Source: an uncultured bacterium (GTDB lineage: Bacteria; Planctomycetota; UBA1135; GCA-002686595). Taken from it: a stretch of 64,000 nt of DNA. Shown here one piece after another: positions 9,313-19,045 of the stretch. The first letter of the stretch is position 1. Each line of letters opens with the position of its first letter. Below the pieces are notes generated by a model that saw only the letters and a list, made by a program, of their open reading frames with translations, did not search any database and was not told where the DNA came from. Position numbers and translations under genes: made by a program. Location: NCBI GenBank assembly GCA_943787795.1, contig CALSNU010000004.1:608001-672000 (forward strand), written 5' to 3'.

Positions 9313-11862
9313 ATGACTGCTCCCTTCGCCCTGATCGGATTCCTCAGCGCCGTGAACCCTCTCTGGGTCCTGCTCGGCGTCCTCTTCGTCGCCCTGGCCC
9401 TCGGCTTCGTCGCCGCACCGCTCGCGGCCTGGACCGCGTTTGGCGCCTTGCTGGTCACGGGGCTCCTGAGCTGGAAGTGGCTGCTGGCCTACGCGGCTGT
9501 CATGACGGTCTTCAACGTCCCGGCCATCCGGCGCGTCCTGATCTCCGGCCCCGTGATGGCGATCATGAAGGCCCTGAAGTTCCTGCCGGTCATCTCCGAG
9601 ACCGAGCGGACCGCGCTGACGGCCGGCACGGTCTGGATCGACGGCGAGCTCTTCAGCGGCAACCCGGACTGGAACAAGCTCGTGAAGGAGCCCTACCCCG
9701 ACCTCACGGACGAGGAGCGCGAGTTCCTCGACGGTCCGTGCGAGGAGGTCTGCCGGATGACCGACGACTGGGAGGTCTTCCAGACGCGCGACCTCCCCGA
9801 GTCCGTGTGGCAGTACCTCAAGGACGAGGGCTTCTTCGGCCTGATCATCCCCAAGGAGTACGGGGGCAAGGGCTTCACGGCCTCCATGAACAGCGCGGTG
9901 GTGGCCAAGCTCTCCTCGAGATCTGGCCCCCTCGGGATCACGGTCATGGTCCCCAACTCCCTGGGCCCGGCCGAGCTCCTCACCCACTACGGCACCCAGG
10001 AGCAGAAGGACCATTACCTCCCGCGTCTCGCCAAGGGCATCGACATGCCGTGCTTCGCGCTCACCGAGTCGAACGCCGGCTCGGACGCGGGCGCCATGTC
10101 CTCGTCGGGCGAGGTCTTCGAACGTGACGGTGAGCTCTGGGTCCGCCTCAACTGGCGCAAGCGCTACATCACGCTGGCCGCCATCTCGACGGTCCTCGGC
10201 CTCGCCTTCCGCCTCCGCGACCCGAACAACCACCTCGGCAAGGGCGAGGACGTCGGGATCACCTGCGCGCTGATCCCCTCTGACGCGCCCGGCGTGGTCC
10301 TTGGCAAGCGCCACGACCCGCTCGGAGTCCCCTTCTACAACTGCCCGACCGAGGGCCACGACGTCGAGGTCCGCCTCAACGAGGTCGTGATCGGCGGCGC
10401 CGAGGGAATTGGCCAGGGCTGGAGGATGCTCATGGAGTGCCTCGCCGCTGGCCGCGGCATCTCGCTGCCCGCGTCGAGCACCGCCACGGTGAAGATGATG
10501 ACCCGGGTCGCCGGCGCCTATTCCGCCGTCCGCAAGCAGTTCGGTATCGCGATCGGCAAGTTCGAGGGCATCGAGGAGGGCCTCGCCCGCATCGCCGGCA
10601 AGACGTACATCCTCGAGGCGGCCCGGCGCACCACGTGCGGCGGACTGGATGACGGCGCCAAGCCCGCCGTCGTCACCGCGATCGCCAAGTACAACTTCAC
10701 CGAGATCGCGCGGCAGACCCTCACCGACGCCATGGACATCCTCGGCGGCAAGGCCATCTCCATGGGGCCGAGGAACCCCCTCGCCCACGCCTACATGGCC
10801 ACGCCGATCAGCGTGACCGTGGAGGGCGCGAACATCCTCACGCGTACCCTCATCGTGTTTGGCCAGGGGGCCATCCGCTGCCACCCCTACGCTTGGGACG
10901 AGGTCCAGGCCGTGGAGAAGGGTGACACCGCAGGGTTCGACCGCGCCTTCTTCGGGCACATCGGACACGTGGTGCGGAACGCCTCGCGCTCGGTGGTGCT
11001 GTCAGCGACCCGCGGGGCGCTGGCGAACTCGCCCGTCACGGGGCCGGCCGCTGGCTACTACAAGAAGCTCTCCTGGGCCTCGGCGTCCTTCGCCACCATG
11101 TCGGACATGGCCATGGCCATGCTCGGGGGCGACCTGAAGCGCAAGGAGGCCCTCACCGGCCGCTTCGCCGACGTCTTCTCGTGGCTCTACCTCGGCAACG
11201 CGGTGCTCCGCCGCTTCGAGGCCGAGGGTCGTCGCAAGGAGGACCTCCCCTACCTCCACTGGTCCATGCAGACCTGCCTGGCCGAGATTCAGAAGGGCTT
11301 CGACGGCATCTTCAGCAACTTCAATGTCCCGCTGCTCGGCTGGTTCTTCCGCGGCCCGATCGCCCTCTGGTCCCGCTTCAACGTGATGTCCACCGGGCCG
11401 AACGACCGCATGATGCAGCGCGTCGCCCGCGCCATGCAGAAGCCCGGGGAGCAGCGAGACCGCATGACCAGCGGCATGTATATCCCCACAGCGCTCGACG
11501 AGGTCATGGGCCAGCTCGAGCACGCGCTCGTGCTCTGCACCGAGGCCGATGAGGTCCAGCGCCGGATCCGCGACGCGGTGAAGAAGAAGAAGATCACCAA
11601 GCGTGCGCCGGACGCCATGGCCGACGACGCCCTGCGCCTCGGGATCATCACCGCCTCGGAGCGGGACCTCCTGGACCGCGCCGGGGAGGCCCGCGCCGCG
11701 GTGGTCGAGGTGGACTCCTTCAGCCTCGAGGCCTACGCCGAGCGGGCCCTCGACCCGACCGTCCCCCTGGGGCTCCGGCGCGTGGGCGATGACCCCCGGC
11801 CGGCCCCCGCCAAGACGGCCTCAGCGGAAGGCACTTCGGGCGACGAGACCAGCGCAGCCTGA
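9313..11862 (+). CDS. fadE: Acyl-CoA dehydrogenase FadE (long membrane-anchored type)
   Basis: N-terminal TM helices; VMVPNSLGPAELL, CFALTE..AGSDA, ISVTVEGANILTRTLIVFGQGAIRCHPY; C-terminal VVEVDSF. Confidence 0.95.
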   Translation: MTAPFALIGFLSAVNPLWVLLGVLFVALALGFVAAPLAAWTAFGALLVTGLLSWKWLLAYAAVMTVFNVPAIRRVLISGPVMAIMKALKFLPVISETERTALTAGTVWIDGELFSGNPDWNKLVKEPYPDLTDEEREFLDGPCEEVCRMTDDWEVFQTRDLPESVWQYLKDEGFFGLIIPKEYGGKGFTASMNSAVVAKLSSRSGPLGITVMVPNSLGPAELLTHYGTQEQKDHYLPRLAKGIDMPCFALTESNAGSDAGAMSSSGEVFERDGELWVRLNWRKRYITLAAISTVLGLAFRLRDPNNHLGKGEDVGITCALIPSDAPGVVLGKRHDPLGVPFYNCPTEGHDVEVRLNEVVIGGAEGIGQGWRMLMECLAAGRGISLPASSTATVKMMTRVAGAYSAVRKQFGIAIGKFEGIEEGLARIAGKTYILEAARRTTCGGLDDGAKPAVVTAIAKYNFTEIARQTLTDAMDILGGKAISMGPRNPLAHAYMATPISVTVEGANILTRTLIVFGQGAIRCHPYAWDEVQAVEKGDTAGFDRAFFGHIGHVVRNASRSVVLSATRGALANSPVTGPAAGYYKKLSWASASFATMSDMAMAMLGGDLKRKEALTGRFADVFSWLYLGNAVLRRFEAEGRRKEDLPYLHWSMQTCLAEIQKGFDGIFSNFNVPLLGWFFRGPIALWSRFNVMSTGPNDRMMQRVARAMQKPGEQRDRMTSGMYIPTALDEVMGQLEHALVLCTEADEVQRRIRDAVKKKKITKRAPDAMADDALRLGIITASERDLLDRAGEARAAVVEVDSFSLEAYAERALDPTVPLGLRRVGDDPRPAPAKTASAEGTSGDETSAA

Positions 11863-11911
11863 GCCGGGGCGGTTTCCCGGGTTCGTTTCCTTGGGGGCGG
11901 AGACGTCCAGA

Positions 11912-11937
11912 GGCCCGGGTCGCTCGCGACCCGGGCC
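11912..11937. terminator. Perfect GC hairpin after fadE
   Basis: GGCCCGGGTCGC-TC-GCGACCCGGGCC followed by an AT-rich stretch. Confidence 0.5.
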
Positions 11938-12033
11938 ATAACTTTGCACAATGTTGGGGGTCGTCAGCTCACCAGCGATGGCCTCCCCCTCCATCCCCAT
12001 TCGGACATGGCCCGCCCCCAGGGCCTCCCCCCC

Positions 12034-12810
12034 ATGACCAAGCTCCTCCGAGTCGTCGCCCTTGCAGGCCTCGCCGCCCCTGGCCTGGTGTCCTGCTCCA
12101 TGATCCACAAGGACATCGCGTGGCCGGAGGACATGACCGGGAAGAACCTGATCGGCGTGTCCTCGGGTTGGGCCTTCGCGGAAGCGACCGTGAGCCTCGA
12201 GAACGGCGAGGGTGGACTCGCGACCCCCCCGAACGACGTCGGCAAGTCGACGACCGACCTCGACCCGGTCTTCGGAATGGGGGTCAAGTACTTCCGATAC
12301 CTGACGAACAACTTCCTGCTCGGTGCGATCGTCGAGCACCGGATCTTCGACCCCGAGCCCACGAGCCCGCTGTCCGCGGTCGTGGACCTGGATGACTTCG
12401 GGACCACGCACCTGGTCCTGGAAGCCCGCTATCAGCTGGACCCGATCGACGAGGCCAATCGCCTGCGTCCGTTCGCGGGCGTCCAGGTCGGCTTCGTCCC
12501 CGAGGTCAAGGCCGACGGCGTGGCGCGCTACGGAGCCAACCCCTTCTCCGGGCCCGTCACCGAGGAGATCTCCCTCGAGGGATCGGAGTTCTTCACCCTC
12601 GGCTTCGTGGCTGGCGCCTCGTACCTGATCCAGGAAGGCCTGACCGCCGACTTCGGCGCCTTCTACGAGTACGCGCTGAACCCCACGAAGGACCAGCTGG
12701 TCCTCGACCCCTACCCCGGGGTCCCCGGCTTCGAGGAGCCCTCGACCTACGACGGCGAGCTGTTCGAGTCCGGCATCTACCTGACCTTCGGGCTCACCTG
12801 GACCTTCTGA
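12034..12810 (+). CDS. Small outer-membrane beta-barrel protein with lipoprotein-type signal
   Basis: MTKLLRVVALAGLAAPGLVS-C lipobox; alternating amphipathic strands; ends IYLTFGLTWTF (terminal Phe beta-signal). Confidence 0.7.
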   Translation: MTKLLRVVALAGLAAPGLVSCSMIHKDIAWPEDMTGKNLIGVSSGWAFAEATVSLENGEGGLATPPNDVGKSTTDLDPVFGMGVKYFRYLTNNFLLGAIVEHRIFDPEPTSPLSAVVDLDDFGTTHLVLEARYQLDPIDEANRLRPFAGVQVGFVPEVKADGVARYGANPFSGPVTEEISLEGSEFFTLGFVAGASYLIQEGLTADFGAFYEYALNPTKDQLVLDPYPGVPGFEEPSTYDGELFESGIYLTFGLTWTF

Positions 12811-12868
12811 TCTGAGGGCGAGTGGCCCCTAGGGGGCCGGCCGCCTCCACGACGCTTGACCGCAAACA

Positions 12869-12904
12869 AAGGGCGGGCTCCCGGTGATCCGGGAGCCCGC
12901 CCTT
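12869..12904. terminator. Intrinsic terminator between convergent genes
   Basis: 16-bp stem AAGGGCGGGCTCCCGG-TGAT-CCGGGAGCCCGCCCTT with A-rich and T-rich flanks. Confidence 0.85.
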
Positions 12905-12953
12905 CTGCGTTGGAGGCGGCCAGGCCGAGCCCGGACGCGCGCGCCTCGCTCCT

Positions 12954-14636
12954 CTAGCCGTTCTGCTCTTCCCGGTCGCGAAGCTCGCGGCGCAGGATCT
13001 TCATGACCGAGCTCTTGGGGAGCTCCTCCATGAACTCGACCTTGCGGGGGATCTTGTACGCGGCGAGCTGCTCGCGCGCGTACGCCTCTACCTCCTCGGC
13101 GGTCAGCGAGGCGCCCTCGTTGAGGACGATGAAGGACTTGACCGTCTCCCCGCGCTCAGCGTCAGGGACGCCGATGGTCGCGGCCTCGAGGATCGCGGGG
13201 TGCCCCATGAGCACCTCGTCCACCTCGTCGGGGAACACCTTGAGGCCCGAGCAGTTGATCATGTCCTTCTTCCGACCACAGATCTTGAAGAAGCCGTCCT
13301 CGTCCATGGAGGCGAGGTCACCGGTGTGCATCCAGCCGCCGGCCAGCACCTCCGCCGACTCCTCCTCGCGGTTCCAGTAGCCCTGCATGACCTGGGGGCC
13401 CCGCACCAGGAGCTCGCCCTCTTCGCCCACGCCGAGCTCCTTGGAGTCGTCATCGGCGTCCACGATCTTCGAGTCGGTGCTCGAGACGGGGATCCCGATG
13501 GAGCCGATCTTGCGCGTGCCATAGAGCGGATTCACGTGGGTCACGGGCGAGGTCTCGCTCATACCGAAGCCCTCGATGATGGTCGACTTCGTCAGCGCCT
13601 CGAACTTCTCCTGCACGTCCTTCGCGATGGGCGCTGAGCCGGAGAAGCAGGACTTGACGCTGGTCATGTCGAGGTTCTCCACGCCGGGGAAGTTGTTGAT
13701 GGCGTTGAAGAGCGCGGGGACGCCAGGGAAGAGCGTGACCCTGTGCTTGGTGATGGCCTTCACCAGCGCGGGGATGTCCCGCGGGTTCGGCACCAGCACC
13801 ATCTTGGAGCCGGACCAGATGGACCAGTTCATCCCGACCGAGAGGCCGAAGACGTGGAACAGCGGCAGACAGATGAGCGTCGACTCGTTACCCGGGTCCA
13901 CCTTGGGGAACCAGGAGTGGATCTGCTGCGCGTTACAGGAGAGGTTGCGGTGCGTGAGCACCGCGCCCTTGGAGAGGCCCGTGGTCCCGCCGGTGTACTG
14001 CAGGACCGCGATGTCGTCGGGCGTCACGTCCAGCGAGGGGGGCGTGGGCGGCGCGCCCTCCACGAGCGGCTTGAACTCGTGGACGCCAGGGGCCGGCTTG
14101 ACCTTGGCGTAGCGCTTCGGCTTCGCCCGCGCCAGCTTGAGGGGCGCCAGCAGGTTGAGGGGGAAGCGCAGGTAGTCCGGGATGTGCGCGACCACGTACG
14201 TCTTGGGCCGCAGCTTCGCGCGGTTCGGCTCGAGGGTCTCCTCCCAGATGAAGTCGGCGACGATGGCGAGGTCGCAGTCCGCGTCCTTCCACTGATGCTC
14301 GATCTCACGCAGCGTATAGAGCGGGTTGGTCATCACCACCTCCGCCCCCGCCCTGAGCGCGCCGTGGAAGGCGATGATGGCCTGGGGGATATTCGGGAGC
14401 TGGATCGCCACCCGCGTCCCCTTCTCCACGCCCAGCCCGCGCAGCGCCGCTGCACACCGCCGCACCTTTTCGTTGAGCTCGCTGTAAGTGAACGAGCAGT
14501 TGAGGAAGGTCAGGGCTGGTCGGTCGCCCCAGGCCTTCGCCGCTCGTTCCGTGTATTCGTTGAGCGTGATGTCCTCAAACGCGAGATCGACGGGGACTCC
14601 CTCGTCGTAGTGAGCGTGCCAGGACCTGGATTCCAT
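12954..14636 (-). CDS. fadD: Long-chain fatty-acid--CoA ligase
   Basis: YTGGTTGLSKG AMP-binding loop, EGFGMSETSP, TGD, GRKKDMI, ELPKS. Start could also be 14651 or 14663. Confidence 0.93.
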   Translation of the reverse strand: MESRSWHAHYDEGVPVDLAFEDITLNEYTERAAKAWGDRPALTFLNCSFTYSELNEKVRRCAAALRGLGVEKGTRVAIQLPNIPQAIIAFHGALRAGAEVVMTNPLYTLREIEHQWKDADCDLAIVADFIWEETLEPNRAKLRPKTYVVAHIPDYLRFPLNLLAPLKLARAKPKRYAKVKPAPGVHEFKPLVEGAPPTPPSLDVTPDDIAVLQYTGGTTGLSKGAVLTHRNLSCNAQQIHSWFPKVDPGNESTLICLPLFHVFGLSVGMNWSIWSGSKMVLVPNPRDIPALVKAITKHRVTLFPGVPALFNAINNFPGVENLDMTSVKSCFSGSAPIAKDVQEKFEALTKSTIIEGFGMSETSPVTHVNPLYGTRKIGSIGIPVSSTDSKIVDADDDSKELGVGEEGELLVRGPQVMQGYWNREEESAEVLAGGWMHTGDLASMDEDGFFKICGRKKDMINCSGLKVFPDEVDEVLMGHPAILEAATIGVPDAERGETVKSFIVLNEGASLTAEEVEAYAREQLAAYKIPRKVEFMEELPKSSVMKILRRELRDREEQNG

Positions 14637-14772
14637 GGGTTCGGGTGCCATGGTTCCGAGCATACAACCGCGATCCCGCCGTCCGAAGCATCTCGCTCAG
14701 GGGAGCAAATGCGAGCCCCTTGCTCTCATCTGGCTGGCGTTCCGGGTATCCAGTGCCCAGACTGTCGCGCCG

Positions 14773-16122
14773 ATGGCGGACCAGTCTGCAACCCAAGCCA
14801 GCGACGCTTCACCGAGCGGCGCGACCTCGTGGCCTTCCAGGGACGCGTTCGAGGTGCCTGCGATCGGCTCGTGGACGTACCGCCTGATGATCCGCTGGGG
14901 GTGGCTGCTGATGCGGACCCACTTCCGCATCGAGATCCGCGGCGAGGCGTTCCCCACGAACGGACCCGTGGTGATCATTCAGAATCACTCGAACGGGCTG
15001 GGTGACGCTCACTTCCCCATGTCCGCGACCCGGCGCCCGATCCGGGTCCTGGTGAAGTACAGCCTGCTGAAGATGCCGCTGGTCGGGTACGTCCTGCGCA
15101 ACATCGACGCGATCCCGATGTACCGCAAGAAGGACGGAGTCGACACGCGCCAGAACGCGTCGTCCTTCGAGGCCATTGATACGGCGCTGCTCGATGGCGC
15201 CGTCATCGCCATCTTCCCCGAGGGCGAGAGCCTGAACTCGCACCGCCTTCGACCGCTCAAGTCCGGCATGGCCAGGATGCTGGTGAGCGCCTTCGAGGCG
15301 TCGGACAACAAGCTCAACCCGATCGTCGTCCCTGTGGGAGTTACCTACGAGGACCGCGACCGGTTCCGCTCGACAGCGAGCGCGGTGATGGGCGAGCCCT
15401 TCGAGGTCGTGCCGATCATCGAACGCGCCGGGTTCGAATTCCGGGTCGCCATCCGAGCGATCATGAAGGAGTCCCGGGCGCGAATGGAGAAGCTGACGAT
15501 CCAGGCGGACTCCGAGGAGGAGTGGCGAGCGGCAGTGGGTCTGGAACGAATCCTCCCGAGGAGCTCTGCCCCCATCGGGATGCGCCAGATCGAAGCCCTC
15601 AAGGCGCTGCGCAGGGACACCGGCGAAGGCGCGGAGCGGCGACGCGAGATCATCGACAAGGTCGGCGACTCGCTGCGGCGCGCGCGCCTCAGCGGCGATG
15701 AGATCCTCGCCCCGACGCCGGGCTGGCTCAGCATCGCTCTCCCCCTGCTGGCGTTGAGCCCGCTGCTCATCCTGGCCCTCGCCGTCTGGGGACTCCCGGT
15801 GCTCCTCTCCGAGCGCGCTTCGCTTCGGGCTCCAACGCCCGACAAGATGGTGACCGTTCGACTGCTCGGAAACTTCGTCCTCGTCCCCGCCCTCGCGGTC
15901 CTCACCGCGGTCACGCTCGGCCTCACGGTGAGCCTCGCTGCGGGGGGCGCGTGGCTGCTCGCGGCCTTGCTCAGCGTCGCCACATTTACGTGGTCGTACG
16001 ACCACGCCGCCGCGGCCATGGCTCGCTGGCGTCGACGGGTCATTGCCCGAACCTCCGGGGGAACAGAGTCGATCCCGGGCGCGCTTCGCTCGATACGCGA
16101 AGCGTTCGCCGTCCGGCGCTGA
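14773..16122 (+). CDS. Glycerolipid acyltransferase (PlsC/GPAT superfamily) with C-terminal TM helices
   Basis: NHSNGLGD (HX4D), PMYR, IFPEG, VVPVG motifs. Confidence 0.85.
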   Translation: MADQSATQASDASPSGATSWPSRDAFEVPAIGSWTYRLMIRWGWLLMRTHFRIEIRGEAFPTNGPVVIIQNHSNGLGDAHFPMSATRRPIRVLVKYSLLKMPLVGYVLRNIDAIPMYRKKDGVDTRQNASSFEAIDTALLDGAVIAIFPEGESLNSHRLRPLKSGMARMLVSAFEASDNKLNPIVVPVGVTYEDRDRFRSTASAVMGEPFEVVPIIERAGFEFRVAIRAIMKESRARMEKLTIQADSEEEWRAAVGLERILPRSSAPIGMRQIEALKALRRDTGEGAERRREIIDKVGDSLRRARLSGDEILAPTPGWLSIALPLLALSPLLILALAVWGLPVLLSERASLRAPTPDKMVTVRLLGNFVLVPALAVLTAVTLGLTVSLAAGGAWLLAALLSVATFTWSYDHAAAAMARWRRRVIARTSGGTESIPGALRSIREAFAVRR

Positions 16123-16202
16123 GTTGAGCGCGCTTCAGCGGAGTCCGGTCCGCCGGAGGGGCACCCGCAGGCTTAAACTCGGTCCTCAGACCGGTCACCC
16201 GC

Positions 16203-17600
16203 TTGCTGCTTCGCCCCTCAACAATTCGCCTCACCGCGCGCCGCTGCGACGCTCGCCTGCCCTTCCGCTTCGGCATCGCGACGATGACGCAGGCGCCGAT
16301 GCTGATCGCAGAGCTCGAGGTAGAGACCGAGGCCGGGATGGTCGTCGGACGCGCGGGAGAGCTGCTGGTCCCCAAGTGGTTCTCCAAGGACCCCTCCACC
16401 TCGATCGAGGACGACCGGCGTGACCTGATCGACGCCGCACGGCTCGCCTTTGACGAGGTCCGCACCTTCGGCTCGGTGGGCGGCGGAGCCACGGCCTTTG
16501 ACCTCTGGGCCCACGCCCAGATGGCGTGCGTGGAGCGCCCGGACGTGGCGGCGGCCGACCGTCTCGTCCGCACGTTTGGGGTCTCGCTCATTGAACGCGC
16601 CCTGATTGACGCCACCTGCACGGCGCTGTCCAAGTCGTTCTTCGACACCCTCGCCGAGGACGCCCTCGGCATCCGCATGGAGGCCTTCGACGAGCGGCTG
16701 GGTGGTTGGAGCGCGGCTTCCCTCGGGCGCAGGTCTCAGTCCGTGCGCGTCCGCCATACGGTCGGCCTGGTGGACGCCCTCACCGATCAGGAGGTGCCCG
16801 ACGAGGACCGAAGAGGAGACGATCACCCGGTCTGCCTGACCGAGGACATCGCCGCGTTCGGGCTCGACTGCTTCAAGCTCAAGGTCTCCGGCTCGGCCGA
16901 GGCCGACCTCGCGAGGCTGGAGACCATCGCCTCGATCACACCTGAGGGCGCGCACTTCACGCTGGACGGGAACGAGCAGTACCAAGACCCCGCACAGCTC
17001 GCGGCCATGCTCGACGAGCTCGAGGATCGCGGCAACGCTCCAGGCCTCCTCTCAGGCCTCCTCGCGATCGAGCAGCCCGTCCATCGGGCGAGCACCTTCG
17101 CGCCCCAGACCGCCGCCGGCGTGGCCCGGCTCGCGGAGCGCGCGCCGGTCATCATTGACGAGGCTGACGCCGACCTCTCCGCGTACCCGCGCGCACGCGC
17201 CCTCGGCTACGGCGGCGTCTCCATGAAGGCCTGCAAGGGCGTCTTCCGCGCGCTCCTCGCGCGGGCTCGTATCGACGCCGACGGCGAGGGCATGCAGTCT
17301 GCCGAGGATCTCACCAACCTCCCGGTCCTCCCCCTGCATCAGGACCTCGCCATGGTCTCGGCGCTGGGCCTCCCGCACGTCGAGCGCAACGGCCACCACT
17401 ACTTCCTCGGCCAGGCCCACCTGTCCGAAGGGGAGCGCGCGCAGCTCCAGGCGGCCCACGGCACGCTCTACTCGCCTGCGGGCAAGCTTCGAATCGAAGA
17501 TGGCCGCCTCGACCTCTCCTCCCTGGCGGTCCCCGGCTTCGGCTACGCGGGCCCCGTCACCATGTCCGTCGGCGAGACGGTCGCTGAGAACCCCGCATGA
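16203..17600 (+). CDS. Enolase/mandelate-racemase superfamily protein of unknown substrate
   Basis: FKLKV (KxK), LDGNEQ, IEQP, IIDE metal-ligand positions; HVERNGHHY. TTG start is uncertain. Confidence 0.7.
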   Translation: MLLRPSTIRLTARRCDARLPFRFGIATMTQAPMLIAELEVETEAGMVVGRAGELLVPKWFSKDPSTSIEDDRRDLIDAARLAFDEVRTFGSVGGGATAFDLWAHAQMACVERPDVAAADRLVRTFGVSLIERALIDATCTALSKSFFDTLAEDALGIRMEAFDERLGGWSAASLGRRSQSVRVRHTVGLVDALTDQEVPDEDRRGDDHPVCLTEDIAAFGLDCFKLKVSGSAEADLARLETIASITPEGAHFTLDGNEQYQDPAQLAAMLDELEDRGNAPGLLSGLLAIEQPVHRASTFAPQTAAGVARLAERAPVIIDEADADLSAYPRARALGYGGVSMKACKGVFRALLARARIDADGEGMQSAEDLTNLPVLPLHQDLAMVSALGLPHVERNGHHYFLGQAHLSEGERAQLQAAHGTLYSPAGKLRIEDGRLDLSSLAVPGFGYAGPVTMSVGETVAENPA

Positions 17601-19045
17601 AGTTCAAGCTGCCCGGCTCGTTCCGAACCCCCGAGGACTTCCGCGGGCGCCTCGCGGAACTCGGCCTCGCTGTGGCCCTCGATGACGCGTGCGAGGGCGC
17701 CGAGGGCCCCCTCGGCCAGCCCCTGGAGTGGGCCCCTGGCCGCCAGCTGGCCAACCGCTTCGCGATCCACCCGATGGAGGGCTGGGACGGGACTCGGGAC
17801 GGCTCCCCCTCCGACCTGACCCTGCGGCGCTGGCGCCGCTTCGGCCGCAGCGGCGCCGCCCTGATCTGGGGCGGAGAGGCGTACGCCGTCCAGGCCGACG
17901 GTCGCGCCAACCCCAACCAGCTCTACCTCGATGACGAGGAGAAGGCCGTCCGTGAACTCGGGACGCTCCTGGACGAGATCCGACAGGGTCGCCGGGAGAT
18001 CGGCGCTGGGGACGACCTGGGACCCGTCGGGCTCCAGCTCACGCACTCGGGGCGGTGGTCACGGCCAGAGGGTCCCATGGCCCCGCGCCCAGCGACCCGT
18101 GATGCGCTCCTGGACGCCCGCGCCGGCGCAGACGTGGAGATCCTCACCGACGACGAGCTGCGCCATATCCAGGACCGCTACGTGCTCGCCGCCCGCGCGG
18201 CGGCCCGCGCGGGCTTCGAGTTCGTGGACGTCAAGGCGTGCCACGGCTACCTCCTGCACGAGCTGCTCGGCGCGCGTCAGCGGCCCGGCCCCTACGGCGG
18301 GCCGGACTTCGAGGACCGCACGCGCTTCTTCGTGGAGCTCGTCGAGCGCATCCGCGCCGAGCTCCCGGGCCTTGAGATCGGCTGCCGCGTCTCCCTCGCC
18401 GACGTGGTCCCCCACCAGCCGAGCACCGACCACGAGGATCGCCGCGGCGAGCCCGCCGCCCTGAGCTGGCGCCACGGCTTCGGGGTGGACCACGACGACC
18501 CGACGCGAATCGACATGGAGGAGCCCAAGCGCTTCCTCGCGCTGCTCGAGTCCCTCGGCGTCCGGCTGGTCAACGTGACCCTGGGCTCGCCCTACTACAA
18601 CCCCCACCTGCAGCGCCCCGCCGCCTACCCGCCCAGCGACGGCTACCAGCCCTTCGCCGACCCCCTGGTCTTCGTGGGCGCCCACCTGGACATCGTGCGC
18701 GAGGCCAAGGCCGCGCACCCAGGCCTCGTCTTCGTAGGCACCGGCTACACCTACCTCATGGACTGGCTCCCCCACGTGGCCCAGGCCGAGGTGCGCGCCG
18801 GACACGTGGATCTGGTGGGGCTGGGCCGCATGGTGCTCTCCTACCCCGAGCTCCCCAGGGACGTGCTCGATGGGCGGCCCATGCCGCGCAAGCTCATCTG
18901 CCGCACCTTCAGCGACTGCACCACCGCGCCGCGCAACGGCATGGTCAGCGGCTGCTACCCCCTGGACCCCGACTACAAGGACCGCCCCGAGCGCGATCGC
19001 CTCGAGGAGATCAAGCGCGCGCTCAAGGAGAGCAGCAAGGCATGA
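17597..19045 (+). CDS. NADH:flavin oxidoreductase (Old Yellow Enzyme fold)
   Basis: NRFAIHPMEG, LQLTHSGR, AGFEFVDVKACHGYLLHELL, YGG..FEDRTRF, VGLGR; Cys-rich tail CRTFSDC...GCY. Confidence 0.88.
   Translation: MKFKLPGSFRTPEDFRGRLAELGLAVALDDACEGAEGPLGQPLEWAPGRQLANRFAIHPMEGWDGTRDGSPSDLTLRRWRRFGRSGAALIWGGEAYAVQADGRANPNQLYLDDEEKAVRELGTLLDEIRQGRREIGAGDDLGPVGLQLTHSGRWSRPEGPMAPRPATRDALLDARAGADVEILTDDELRHIQDRYVLAARAAARAGFEFVDVKACHGYLLHELLGARQRPGPYGGPDFEDRTRFFVELVERIRAELPGLEIGCRVSLADVVPHQPSTDHEDRRGEPAALSWRHGFGVDHDDPTRIDMEEPKRFLALLESLGVRLVNVTLGSPYYNPHLQRPAAYPPSDGYQPFADPLVFVGAHLDIVREAKAAHPGLVFVGTGYTYLMDWLPHVAQAEVRAGHVDLVGLGRMVLSYPELPRDVLDGRPMPRKLICRTFSDCTTAPRNGMVSGCYPLDPDYKDRPERDRLEEIKRALKESSKA

Noticed and set aside
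11940..11955. AT-rich imperfect dyad AACTTTGCACAATGTT upstream of the beta-barrel gene
   Set aside because: Two of eight pairs mismatch and it does not resemble the 8397 dyad. It may simply be promoter sequence.
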